Assembly: GCA_009887135.1 (NCBI GenBank)
Contig: QXYA01000095.1
Span: 1,414-65,413, forward strand
Origin: Candidatus Poseidoniales archaeon
GTDB lineage: Archaea > Thermoplasmatota > Poseidoniia > Poseidoniales > Poseidoniaceae
Direction of reading: 5' to 3'
DNA length: 64,000 nt
The notes under the pieces were generated by a model that saw nothing but the letters and a program-made list of their open reading frames with translations, ran no database searches and was not told the DNA's origin. The position numbers and the translations under genes were made by a program. Shown one piece after another: positions 8,926 to 18,780 of the stretch. Position 1 is the stretch's first letter, and each line of letters starts with the position of its first letter.

Positions 8926-11900
8926 TCAAATTTGCATTGTGTCGAGGTATTGCTGACCGTAATATTGCCATTGTTCCATGGTCCATCCTGCTGGAAGACC
9001 GGTTACTGGCAATGGGGGTCCTGCCGGTACTTGTGGTACAGGCATTGGTTGAGCAACTGGTAGAGGCATTTGGGCAACTGGCTGAGGCATCTGTTGTTGG
9101 AAGAGCGGAGCAGCACCACCATACATTGAATTTGCAACTGTATCATGGATAGGAAGAGCACCATCTTGCCAAATAGGGCCATTATCGAAGACCTTCTCTT
9201 CATCATTTCGGCGCATGAGTAGGCCTATGCTTACTGCAAGGAAGAGGACACCGCCGACGATTGCTAGAATGAGCATCAGGTTTCCTGATTCTTCCGTTCC
9301 ATCTCCACCAGTTCCAGATTGAGTGCCCTGTTCCGGACATGAAGATCGTGGATCTTCACATGCAGTTGAGAAAGAAGTCTCCTTTAGAGTGAGCATTTCT
9401 TCCACAGCAGTGATGTCTTCGCCATCTTCTGCCTGGTCAATTTGAAGTTTCAGAGCAGCGATCTCGGCCGTTAGAGAATCAATGTGTGATTGGAGCATTT
9501 CATCATCCATTTGATCAGGTGCTGGCAAATCCTCAAGGACATACCATTTCACACCGGTGAGCGTTTTGTAATCATCTCCATTCGCATCGATTGCAGTAAC
9601 TGTAATTTGGTAATAATCCTTGTAAATAGAGCCAGCAGGACGTGCAAGTTCTCCTTCCATGAAGATAGAAGGAATGTCCAATACAGTACTCCATCCTACG
9701 AGGGAACGGGTAATATCCAGATCTTCCTCATACAAACCATCACAGGTTCCGGTTTCATCATTACAGATGTTCCATGTTGTTGTGATGGATGTGAATACAG
9801 GCGCAGAATCGGTCATAAACAAATTCGCAGTTGGGTATTGGCCAATGTACGTATCTTCCATGTCAACATAGAAGTGCCCACTACCATCGTTTTCCTTTGC
9901 CACAAAGAGTGGGTACGAATCGAATACGTCAACACTCATTGTGTAGGTATTTGTGTCGTATTGATCGATGGTGTTGATTGTAACAATGTGCATTCCTGAT
10001 CTCTGGAAATTAAGCGTCATAGTTCCATCGATTGGATTGTATTTAGCCGCTCCTTGTTCATCAGATGTAACAGTCATGAATGCCTCATTTGTAGGATTAT
10101 CAACGTCTGTGAGTATTGCCATGAGATTGATTGTTCGTTGTGTATCAATCTTCAAAGTGATTTCCTCAAGGCCAGTGAGGTCGAGACGAGGTGCATCATT
10201 GATAGGGTTGACCTTGATGAGAAGATCTTGGTCTGCGAATTGTTCTCCATCACTTGCACGAAGTGTCACGAGAACTTCTCCATTGACATCGTCATCAACT
10301 GTTTCAAAGACAAGGTTTGTCAAATCGAGGGAGACATCGAATACATCGTTGTTTGAGAGGCCCACAATTTCAAGTTGAAGCATTGAAGCTGAAACTGAAT
10401 TTCCTACGTCATCTGTATCGGAGAGATAAGGGAGCAGACTGAACACGCCGACGGATGCTTCGTCAACGACTTGTGTTGGAAGTGCTTGCCATCGTGGCTG
10501 TCCGTTTTCGAGGACATTGAAGAGAAGGGTTCCGTATGGAAGTTGACCTTGGGCTGAGTAATCTGCCCCGTCATCCATACTGACCTCGATACCTTGTTGC
10601 CCGAGTGGACATCCTTGAGTAGGTGTCCAGGCAAAGAGAACTTCAATTTCTGTTGTTGTTGGATGCCAGGCTACAAAGGATGAATCACTGCTTGTAATGG
10701 ATAATGAGCTCAGAGGCGTTTCAGGATCGACAATGATTCCTGTCATGTCAACCTTCGTTGAGATATCGCACGCAACTGGACTGACTTGGTTTGGAGTAAT
10801 GCCAGGTGCTGCATTCATCAGATCAAATGCATTTGTTGTAGTCGACCATGAAGAGAGTTGTCCTCGTGCGTCAACAGCCCTTGAGCGAAGATCGTACTTT
10901 CCAGCAGCCATATCCATTGTCGGTAGAAGAGAGTATTCTCTTCCTTCGTTTGCAGAGCCGATGTAGAGGATGTTCTGTCCTCCTGTAACGGTGGAGTCAG
11001 ACCAAAGGTTCTGCCCAGCAGGAGAGATTTCAACATCGAATGTCATTGAGTCAATGGTATCGACGTTATCGTTAGCATCACCCTTTGCTAGGACTGAAAA
11101 GTAATTTCCACGGCTGATATCGGTTGTTCCGAGTACCTGCGGGGATTTCGAGGTTGGTGGACGATCATGTTCCAAATCAGTGGTTCGGATATTGTTCGAG
11201 GTTACACTTTCTCCAGTAGTATCGAGTTCAACTCCGAATACAGTCTTCCAGGAATTTGATGGAAGTGAGGATGTATCGAACGATTGCTGTGCAGTCATTG
11301 TGCTCGAAGAACCAGTCGTTGTAATCGTGTTGATTGGTGTGTTTTGACCGATGTAGTTCTTTTGTCCATTGAGTACGTAATAGAACTTGACTGAACCACC
11401 GCTGGTGTAATCAAGGTCGCCTGAGTTAGCAACTGTTGCATCGAGTGTAATGACATCGCCACGAACATAGGAATCAGTGGTTGGGGAAGTAACGGTGAAA
11501 CTTGGTATCGACAAATCCATCTTTGGACCCATTGTTGAGTCAATAGCGTGGTAAACGTGAGGGCTTGTTCCTCCAGCAGATACTTGGTTACCAGTCATCA
11601 AAACACCGATGACGATTGCTTTACTCAATCCACCGGGAACGACGGATGATGGAACACTAGACCACGATGTGGTTTGGGATGTTGCGGTTGGTGCAACGCT
11701 GGCGAATGAACTACCAGAACCAGAACTCTTCGATTTATAGGTATCACCAGCGGTTAGCCAAGCCATCCAACAGTTGTATCCGTGAGGGATTCCTGAAGAG
11801 TAGGAGTATCCTGTGCAGTCTTTGTCAACAAGAGCTGCATAGAGTTTCATGTTGCTGGCTGAACTACCAGAGCCTGTGTATTTGTATGTGATATCGATAT

Positions 11901-12426
11901 CATACGTGCTTCCAGATTGGCTGATAGCAGCAGTCATACCGTAATCATTGACATTCGGGTGCATTCCTCCACCAGAAGAGAACAAGGAGTCATATGTGTC
12001 ATAGTTGGATGAAGCGCCTCCTTGATTCTTGTCAGTTCGATCACCGAAGTAAGCATCAGGAGCACCTCCAGTGGACCAAGCCCAGTTGTATGGAGCAACG
12101 TTTCCTGCACGGCTTGTGTCTGTATCACCGTATGAAGCAGACATGTATGTCAGATATACATATTCATCAGGATGGAGTTGTTTTACTGCGTGGTGCGCAT
12201 CAGAACCACCACCAGTTTTGGAGCAGTGCCCACAATTATCAGATGAGATATATTGTCCAAACACAACGTGTCCTGGACTTGTTGCTGATGAAGCGCCTTT
12301 CACATCTGTTTCATTTTCTAGAATTTTTGGTTCTTTTTCAACAGGGTTTGTAACAAAACCTGTTAATACACTTCCGACGAAAAGTATTACAATTGACAAC
12401 GCGATTGTTTGCATTGAGAGTTTCAT
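8926..12426 (-). CDS. Large surface protein: signal peptide, thioredoxin/Omp28-like N-domain, CARDB/cadherin-like repeats, coiled coil, C-terminal TM, Pro/Gln-rich tail
   Basis: SDNCGHC...GGAP; VNPINDAPRL, LTDVDN; TM ILAIVGGVLFLAVSIGLLM; tail GPPLPVTGLPAGWTMEQWQYYGQQYL. Confidence 0.8.
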   Translation of the reverse strand: MKLSMQTIALSIVILFVGSVLTGFVTNPVEKEPKILENETDVKGASSATSPGHVVFGQYISSDNCGHCSKTGGGSDAHHAVKQLHPDEYVYLTYMSASYGDTDTSRAGNVAPYNWAWSTGGAPDAYFGDRTDKNQGGASSNYDTYDSLFSSGGGMHPNVNDYGMTAAISQSGSTYDIDITYKYTGSGSSASNMKLYAALVDKDCTGYSYSSGIPHGYNCWMAWLTAGDTYKSKSSGSGSSFASVAPTATSQTTSWSSVPSSVVPGGLSKAIVIGVLMTGNQVSAGGTSPHVYHAIDSTMGPKMDLSIPSFTVTSPTTDSYVRGDVITLDATVANSGDLDYTSGGSVKFYYVLNGQKNYIGQNTPINTITTTGSSSTMTAQQSFDTSSLPSNSWKTVFGVELDTTGESVTSNNIRTTDLEHDRPPTSKSPQVLGTTDISRGNYFSVLAKGDANDNVDTIDSMTFDVEISPAGQNLWSDSTVTGGQNILYIGSANEGREYSLLPTMDMAAGKYDLRSRAVDARGQLSSWSTTTNAFDLMNAAPGITPNQVSPVACDISTKVDMTGIIVDPETPLSSLSITSSDSSFVAWHPTTTEIEVLFAWTPTQGCPLGQQGIEVSMDDGADYSAQGQLPYGTLLFNVLENGQPRWQALPTQVVDEASVGVFSLLPYLSDTDDVGNSVSASMLQLEIVGLSNNDVFDVSLDLTNLVFETVDDDVNGEVLVTLRASDGEQFADQDLLIKVNPINDAPRLDLTGLEEITLKIDTQRTINLMAILTDVDNPTNEAFMTVTSDEQGAAKYNPIDGTMTLNFQRSGMHIVTINTIDQYDTNTYTMSVDVFDSYPLFVAKENDGSGHFYVDMEDTYIGQYPTANLFMTDSAPVFTSITTTWNICNDETGTCDGLYEEDLDITRSLVGWSTVLDIPSIFMEGELARPAGSIYKDYYQITVTAIDANGDDYKTLTGVKWYVLEDLPAPDQMDDEMLQSHIDSLTAEIAALKLQIDQAEDGEDITAVEEMLTLKETSFSTACEDPRSSCPEQGTQSGTGGDGTEESGNLMLILAIVGGVLFLAVSIGLLMRRNDEEKVFDNGPIWQDGALPIHDTVANSMYGGAAPLFQQQMPQPVAQMPLPVAQPMPVPQVPAGPPLPVTGLPAGWTMEQWQYYGQQYLDTMQI

Positions 12427-12429
12427 GTT

Positions 12430-12580
12430 CTTACGGAAGTATAGACCATATATAATCCTATTACTCTCCTGTCAGTGCCCCAATTTGTGATATTATTGAA
12501 AAAAAAACATAAAAAATTGGCCATTAGGAGAATTACTAAACGACTTCCATCGAAAAAACTGATGTTCTCCAACCACTCGG
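12430..12580. promoter_or_regulatory. AT-rich divergent promoter region
   Basis: TATATAA at ~12450-12456, about 25 bp upstream of ATG 12426; A-tracts at ~12499-12517. Confidence 0.45.
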
Positions 12581-12587
12581 ATTGGAC

Positions 12588-13376
12588 ATGGCAGACTCCG
12601 AATCGGTTGCGTTGATGGAAGAAAATGGCAAGATTCACATCGTGAGCATGATCGACAATACCATCAAAATCAAAGGTATTGGTGTCGTCAATCCACTGAA
12701 AGAATTTTCTCAGTTGAAAGACGGAGAAGAAACTCATATTGGATCCAAAATCCTTCTTAGACTTCCTACACGATTGCCCGAACTTATCTCGGGAATGAAA
12801 CGAAGGGCCCAAACGATTGGTTCGAAAGATGCAGGCGTCCTTATTGCACGACATGGAATCGGAGCTGACGACATCGTGTTGGAAGCAGGATTGGGTTCCG
12901 GCGGACTTTCCATGCATTTAGCAAGAGTTATCGGACCAAGTGGTCATCTCATTACAGTCGAACCACGCGAGGAACATGCTCATGTCGGATTAGAAAATCT
13001 CCAGACCCTTTCACAATGTATGGTTGAATTCCCAAATCACAGTCATATCGATGGACGTATCGAAGATGTGGTTGAAGAAATCAAAAAGCATGCTGAACAT
13101 GTTGATGCAATTCTTCTGGATTTACCCGAACATCCACCTGCGATTGAAGCTGTTGCCCCTTTGCTAAAGGTTGGAGCACGTATCTCCTGTTACTGCCCAG
13201 TAACCAGCCAACTCGAGAAAGCGTGGATTGCCTGTGAAGAGGCAGGATTACACGTTGAATGGGCTGGAGAGATCATCGAACGGGAATGGGGGAAGGCAAG
13301 CAGAGGCGGTGTACGCCCGGTGAATGGACCCTTTGGCCATACTGCGTTCTTATTGTTGGCTCAACGACGAAAGTGA
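12588..13376 (+). CDS. trmI: tRNA (adenine57/58-N1)-methyltransferase
   Basis: KRRAQTIGSKD, VLEAGLGSGGLS, DAILLDLP, RPVNGPFGHTAFL. Confidence 0.88.
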   Translation: MADSESVALMEENGKIHIVSMIDNTIKIKGIGVVNPLKEFSQLKDGEETHIGSKILLRLPTRLPELISGMKRRAQTIGSKDAGVLIARHGIGADDIVLEAGLGSGGLSMHLARVIGPSGHLITVEPREEHAHVGLENLQTLSQCMVEFPNHSHIDGRIEDVVEEIKKHAEHVDAILLDLPEHPPAIEAVAPLLKVGARISCYCPVTSQLEKAWIACEEAGLHVEWAGEIIEREWGKASRGGVRPVNGPFGHTAFLLLAQRRK

Positions 13377-13377
13377 T

Positions 13378-16300
13378 TCAGAATTTCGGAGCAGATCCGT
13401 ATTCAACCACTCGAATGTTGGACTCACACGTTGGACAATTGAATCTGAATGGAGGTTCGCTTCCACCAGGAACTGCAAGCCTCGCTTCACATGATGGGCA
13501 AGTAATTCGGCGATTGCTATCTATTCGACATTCATTGGGCCCCAATGCATATTCCTTCTCTTCCTCATCTTCCTTTTCTTCCTCTTCTCCTTCTTCATCA
13601 GAAGTCGGTTTGTTGGAAGGGGATCGGTATTTTATGACCAGTAGAGCAAGAGCGAACAACACATAACCTGCCGCCATAATCTTGAATGTTGCATCGCCTC
13701 CAATTTCAATTCCAAGAATTGTGATCCCTTCAGGAGGTTGAGCCTTTCCTTCCAAATCTACATCGATAACAGAAGATTCTGCATCGACACTGCTTCCATC
13801 GACTTGCACCAATGCTCGAACTTTCAACTCTGCTGATGTGGCTTGCGTTGATATTGCATTAAGGCGGACAACAAAGATTTCTGATGCTCCTGGGCTGAGT
13901 GTAAACAGGTCTGTCTTCTCACCAGCAGTATTGTTCCATTGAACATCGAAAACGCCGTCCCCTACACCGAGTAGAGTCAGACGTCCTGTAATGTCGATGT
14001 TGGCGAGATTTGTTACCGTGACTGAAGTAGATGAACCACCCATGTATGGGACATCAAGTGACGTAGCATCAACTGAAATTGACACAACTGATGCTGAATC
14101 CCAAGAGGCTTCGACATTGTAAGTGGCGACTTCACTGTACACGTAATCAGAACGTGCAGATGACACAACACGAAGACTGAATGCGTTTGTGCCTGCCAAG
14201 GCATCTTCTGAAACATCACATGTCCATGCAAGAGGAGAAGATGAAGCGCCCGGTGAAAGGGTGACGGATTCGGTAAGAGTACATGATAATCCAACCGAAC
14301 TTATTGAAAATTGATCAGCACTGTTTCCTGTATTTGTAACAGAGACAGTACCATCGATTGTACCACCAGCTATTGAAGAATCGTCATTGACAAGAATGGT
14401 CAAGTCTGCACCCGCATCCATTGAAAAGAGGGTGATTATAACGAAGTCTGTCGCCTCTGAATCGAGAGTTGAAGTAACTTGTATGTTGATTGGAAGGCCT
14501 GTTTCGGGAGCGCCGGTGGAAGACTCACGTACTCCGAGAACGATTGTTTCTGATTGACCCACACCAAGAACAACCGAGGTTTGGGATAATGATAGTTCGA
14601 AATACGTCGAAGATTCACCGGATTCAAGTGAAAGAAGGAACGTGTCTTGCATTGTACCGATGTTGGTCACTTCAATGGTGACATTTGTGATTGCAGATGG
14701 GCCAGCAATGGCTTGATTGGTATTCGCATTAAGCTGAGCGAGGCTTCGATCGATAACTTGTAATTCAAGAGGAAGCAAGGAATCAGGCGCATCGGATACA
14801 AGACGTATACTCAACGAGTCAGTACGTGCGTTCATAGCAGCAGAGGCTGTAACATTCAACTGAGCAACATATAATTCACCAGATGCAAGTGTTATCGAAG
14901 ATACATCGCTTAATTCAGCACTCACGCCTCCAGGCAATCCTGAGATGGTGAAGGTGGTGAGTGAAACATTGGATGTACCCACATTTTCAATGACAATGTC
15001 AATCGATGCTGATTGACCAGGTTGTACGACGATCCGACCATCGAGGGTACCTGATAATTCCAATTCTAGAACAGGTTGAACATCAAATGGCAACGTTGTG
15101 TTTAATGTTTGAAGCGAATCGTGAGTTACAGATACTGTTCGTTCGTTGAGTCCAAGTGAAGCGAAGGCGGCTATTGCGCTGAGTGTCCACGTAGCAGACT
15201 GCCCGGAAGCAACTGTCACGGAGGATGCTGTGTCCAAGGTCAGAGCAACATGAGCTGAGGCATTGCTTACGATTTGTAATGAGAACGTTTCAGTTTCGCT
15301 CCCTGTATTGAAAACTCGCACTTCAAGAGTTTCCTCTATTCCTGGAGTAAGAAGCATCGCTCCTGATGGACCCTGGACGGTGAAGTCAACCTTACGATCG
15401 ACTTCAAAGGAGAAATCGCGAACGAAAGAAACTGAAGAATCTTCAGAGAGCGTGTTGATTATTCGAACCGAGCAAACGTCTCCTATATTCCCGCTACTTC
15501 CTACATCAACTGCAAACGGTATATCTGCGACCTCATCTATTGCAAACGTTGTCTCTGCTGTAAGTAATGCAACTGTGCAAGGGCCACTTAACACGGACAG
15601 TGAGTGCGAGTATGTTGATTCGGTTGTACCTTGATTTGTTATGGAAAGGGTGGTGTTGGTCTGCTCTCCTGGAATGAATTCATCTGTGCTAGCAAGGAAA
15701 TCAACTTGCAGACCATATGTTGCTTGAACATCGATGACGATGAGGGTCGATGTTGAGAGATTACCCATCAAAGATCCAGCATGCAATCGTACGCCTGTTG
15801 CGCCGGGAAGTGCATCAGATGGTATTGAAATCCGTAGTGTAGAGGACTCTACATTTTGAGCGGATAGATTCTCGATTTGATCATCAAGCCATCGTACTTC
15901 CCAACCAGGCGGGAATGCTGAATGCTGATTCATTGGCTGAATCGCTCCTGAAGTTTCCCATGGGTAATCGTATTCAGATGAGCCATTGAAAACAACTTCA
16001 GCAGCGGTTTGTTGGAGTGTCAGTCGTAATGCAGCATCCATTGTAGTATTATCAGTCAATCCAACTGGGGAATCTCCTGTTAAAGCAGAAAACAAGACAC
16101 ATGCTGCGAGATAGGAACCCGACGTCGAAGGATGGCTTCCATCACTTTGGTACAGACCATAAAACGTCGAAGTAGGCGACTGCGGATTGCCACCAGATGC
16201 GATGATTGAATCGTGAATGTGTTTGAACGCTAATCCGACAGGTGCAATGTGGATATCAGCAGATGTCTGGGATGAAATGTTGTCTCTGTAATCGATGTAG

Positions 16301-17373
16301 CCTTGTTCAAGTCGGTCTTGCATTACAGTATAATTTGAGAACAATATCGGATTGGTTGGATCGCCACTTCGATAGCCCCAAGTCATCATTAGCATGGTTG
16401 ATCCACCTTCTGTATCAACACGTTCTGCCAAATTTACGCTTGCATTTTTACTAGCAATCCAATCTGAATTAGAGCGCGAAAATCCAGGTATCTGAGATTG
16501 GTCTTGAAGAACGACTGTGTCCCAAACACCTGATGCTAATGAAAGATTTTGAGCGCTCGAAGAAGTGTTCACGCTCGACCAGTGCCCAGCAAGGGTTTGA
16601 CCACCAGCAGTGAAATCAGATGTATTACTTGGACTCCCTGCACTCCTTAGCATTTCTTCGACCATCGATGAGAGGCCATTCTGAGAAGTATATGAATTTC
16701 CGAACATCAGAACATCACTGACAGACATCGACCATGAGGGGACTGAAGAGGTTGTATTGGAACCCGTAGTATTCGAGGTATAATTCGTCCACCATCCCGA
16801 CAAATCAGGCTCTTCTTGTACGCTTAGAAGGTATGAGTCTGTCACTGAACCAAGATTTGAGACTGGTAATTGCAGATCGACTGATTGGCCAGGCTGAAGA
16901 GCAAGCAGACCATTGTCTCCTACACCACTTGCATCAATCGAAGGATGGTACACAAGAGCGACTGATACATATACGTCAATCGTCGAAGTTGCAACACCGC
17001 CAGTTTCGTTTACGATAAGCGTGAACATTCCGTTATCGGAAGGTGTTGCTGATTCAAGGAGTTGAACAACAATTGTCGTCGTCGCATTGTAAGTTGGCAG
17101 AACATGGGAAACAGTTGCAGCGGTTGGTGTTGCAGACCATACGTTGGACAACCCAGTTGTTGATGATTCCACCGAGTAAGTCTCAATGGACGAACCATTA
17201 TTTTCGATAACCAGTGAGAGGTTGACCGATTCACCAGGAACAAGGATCATGTGCGGTGTGTCAACAGAGAGCACGATTGTTGAATCTGCTTTTGCTGTAA
17301 AGGCAAGTGGAGAAGCACTTGCTGCAAGCATCAAAAGGACCAAAACTACGGCACGCGAGTGAGTTTTCGACAT
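13378..17373 (-). CDS. Large surface protein: Ig-like repeats, SGNH/DUF4886-like esterase domain, C-terminal TM, cytoplasmic Zn-ribbon
   Basis: Signal peptide; repeated V-x-N-x-G-x-x-x-D/E Ig motifs; VLMFGNSYT, VVLQDQS, DGSHPS; tail CPSC...CPTC. Confidence 0.82.
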   Translation of the reverse strand: MSKTHSRAVVLVLLMLAASASPLAFTAKADSTIVLSVDTPHMILVPGESVNLSLVIENNGSSIETYSVESSTTGLSNVWSATPTAATVSHVLPTYNATTTIVVQLLESATPSDNGMFTLIVNETGGVATSTIDVYVSVALVYHPSIDASGVGDNGLLALQPGQSVDLQLPVSNLGSVTDSYLLSVQEEPDLSGWWTNYTSNTTGSNTTSSVPSWSMSVSDVLMFGNSYTSQNGLSSMVEEMLRSAGSPSNTSDFTAGGQTLAGHWSSVNTSSSAQNLSLASGVWDTVVLQDQSQIPGFSRSNSDWIASKNASVNLAERVDTEGGSTMLMMTWGYRSGDPTNPILFSNYTVMQDRLEQGYIDYRDNISSQTSADIHIAPVGLAFKHIHDSIIASGGNPQSPTSTFYGLYQSDGSHPSTSGSYLAACVLFSALTGDSPVGLTDNTTMDAALRLTLQQTAAEVVFNGSSEYDYPWETSGAIQPMNQHSAFPPGWEVRWLDDQIENLSAQNVESSTLRISIPSDALPGATGVRLHAGSLMGNLSTSTLIVIDVQATYGLQVDFLASTDEFIPGEQTNTTLSITNQGTTESTYSHSLSVLSGPCTVALLTAETTFAIDEVADIPFAVDVGSSGNIGDVCSVRIINTLSEDSSVSFVRDFSFEVDRKVDFTVQGPSGAMLLTPGIEETLEVRVFNTGSETETFSLQIVSNASAHVALTLDTASSVTVASGQSATWTLSAIAAFASLGLNERTVSVTHDSLQTLNTTLPFDVQPVLELELSGTLDGRIVVQPGQSASIDIVIENVGTSNVSLTTFTISGLPGGVSAELSDVSSITLASGELYVAQLNVTASAAMNARTDSLSIRLVSDAPDSLLPLELQVIDRSLAQLNANTNQAIAGPSAITNVTIEVTNIGTMQDTFLLSLESGESSTYFELSLSQTSVVLGVGQSETIVLGVRESSTGAPETGLPINIQVTSTLDSEATDFVIITLFSMDAGADLTILVNDDSSIAGGTIDGTVSVTNTGNSADQFSISSVGLSCTLTESVTLSPGASSSPLAWTCDVSEDALAGTNAFSLRVVSSARSDYVYSEVATYNVEASWDSASVVSISVDATSLDVPYMGGSSTSVTVTNLANIDITGRLTLLGVGDGVFDVQWNNTAGEKTDLFTLSPGASEIFVVRLNAISTQATSAELKVRALVQVDGSSVDAESSVIDVDLEGKAQPPEGITILGIEIGGDATFKIMAAGYVLFALALLVIKYRSPSNKPTSDEEGEEEEKEDEEEKEYALGPNECRIDSNRRITCPSCEARLAVPGGSEPPFRFNCPTCESNIRVVEYGSAPKF

Positions 17374-17437
17374 GGGACCACTTCAAGCGAGGTGCCTTTA
17401 GCACTTGAGCGAATCGGCTACTGGGCGTTAAAAATCC

Positions 17438-18682
17438 TCAGAAGTTCGTGAGATTTTCAATTCGTGAAGCGTCAAGGCGTTCCCAAGGGAAATGGCCTTG
17501 ATCTGTAGCATGGCGACCGAAATGACCGCCAGCAGCAGTTACTTTGTAAATCGGACGAAGTAAATCCAGGTCTTTGGCAATAGCAGCTGGTCTGAAATCA
17601 AAAGTACTCTTGACACGACGTGCGAGTTCTGAATCAGAAACGACACCCGTTCCAAACGAATCTACCATGAGACTGACTGGTTTTGCAACGCCAATCACGT
17701 AAGCAAGTTGAATTTCAAATCGTGTAGCTAGGCCTGCTGCAACAACATGTTTAGCAGCCCATCGCGCCGCATAAGCTGCACTCCGGTCTACTTTTGAGGG
17801 ATCCTTGCCACTGAAGGCACCTCCGCCATGGCGTCCCATTCCACCGTACGTATCGACAATGATCTTTCGTCCAGTCAATCCAGCATCTGCATATGGGCCA
17901 CCTGGGTCTGCAAAACGACCTGTTCCGTTGACGATGAGAGTATACTCTGAGGAGAGAAGCTCAGAAGGGATTACGTATTCTACAACGTGTTTTTTGATTT
18001 GTTCCCGTACATGTTGAAGTTCTTGCTCGACAGAACCATCGAATTGGTCTTTCAGATGTTTATCGTGTTGAATTGCAACAATGATCGTATCGACTCCAAT
18101 GATTTCACCTTCCTCGTTGTAGGCTACCGAGACTTGTGATTTCCCATCGGGTCGAGCCCATGGTAGGATGTTTTCTTCACGTACTGTGGTCAGTCTTCGA
18201 GATAAACGTTGAGACAGTGCAGCAGAAAGAGGGAAATATCGTCCTTTTAATTCGTCATATTGTTCAGTTTCAGTGCAAGCAAAACCGAACATGAGACCTT
18301 GGTCACCTGCACCTTGGGAATCAAGTGTCTGCCGATCGACACCCTGATTGATGTAAGCAGACTGGGTGGTAACATAGACCAAAACATCACACAAATCTGG
18401 ATTCGTAGCATCCATTCCAATGGCATGCGAATCATAACCGATGTTGGCTGCTGCTTGACGGGCAATAGCGTCATAATTAGGAGCGGGAGCGTCCAGAGAC
18501 ACTTCCCCTGCAAGGATGATTACGCTCTTGTCGTCCATCCCTTTGACGCAGGTTTCAACTGCAACGCGTGCATTTGAATCAAGCGCAAGACAAGCATCGA
18601 CAATTGCATCTGAGATGGCATCACACAACTTATCTGGATGGCCACTGGTTACTGACTCTGAAGTGAAGATGTCATCTTCCAT
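17438..18682 (-). CDS. metK: S-adenosylmethionine synthetase, bacterial/eukaryotic type
   Basis: ESVTSGHPDK, GAGDQGLMFG, GRKIIVDTYGG, GGGAFSGKDPSKVDRS. Confidence 0.96.
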   Translation of the reverse strand: MEDDIFTSESVTSGHPDKLCDAISDAIVDACLALDSNARVAVETCVKGMDDKSVIILAGEVSLDAPAPNYDAIARQAAANIGYDSHAIGMDATNPDLCDVLVYVTTQSAYINQGVDRQTLDSQGAGDQGLMFGFACTETEQYDELKGRYFPLSAALSQRLSRRLTTVREENILPWARPDGKSQVSVAYNEEGEIIGVDTIIVAIQHDKHLKDQFDGSVEQELQHVREQIKKHVVEYVIPSELLSSEYTLIVNGTGRFADPGGPYADAGLTGRKIIVDTYGGMGRHGGGAFSGKDPSKVDRSAAYAARWAAKHVVAAGLATRFEIQLAYVIGVAKPVSLMVDSFGTGVVSDSELARRVKSTFDFRPAAIAKDLDLLRPIYKVTAAGGHFGRHATDQGHFPWERLDASRIENLTNF

Positions 18683-18780
18683 GAACTTCCGCTACTGTAC
18701 TCATTATCAAAGGTTTGCCTGCTGAATCGAGCATGGATTTACAGCGATTCCTATTTGTACGGCACCATACAGGAATTCAC

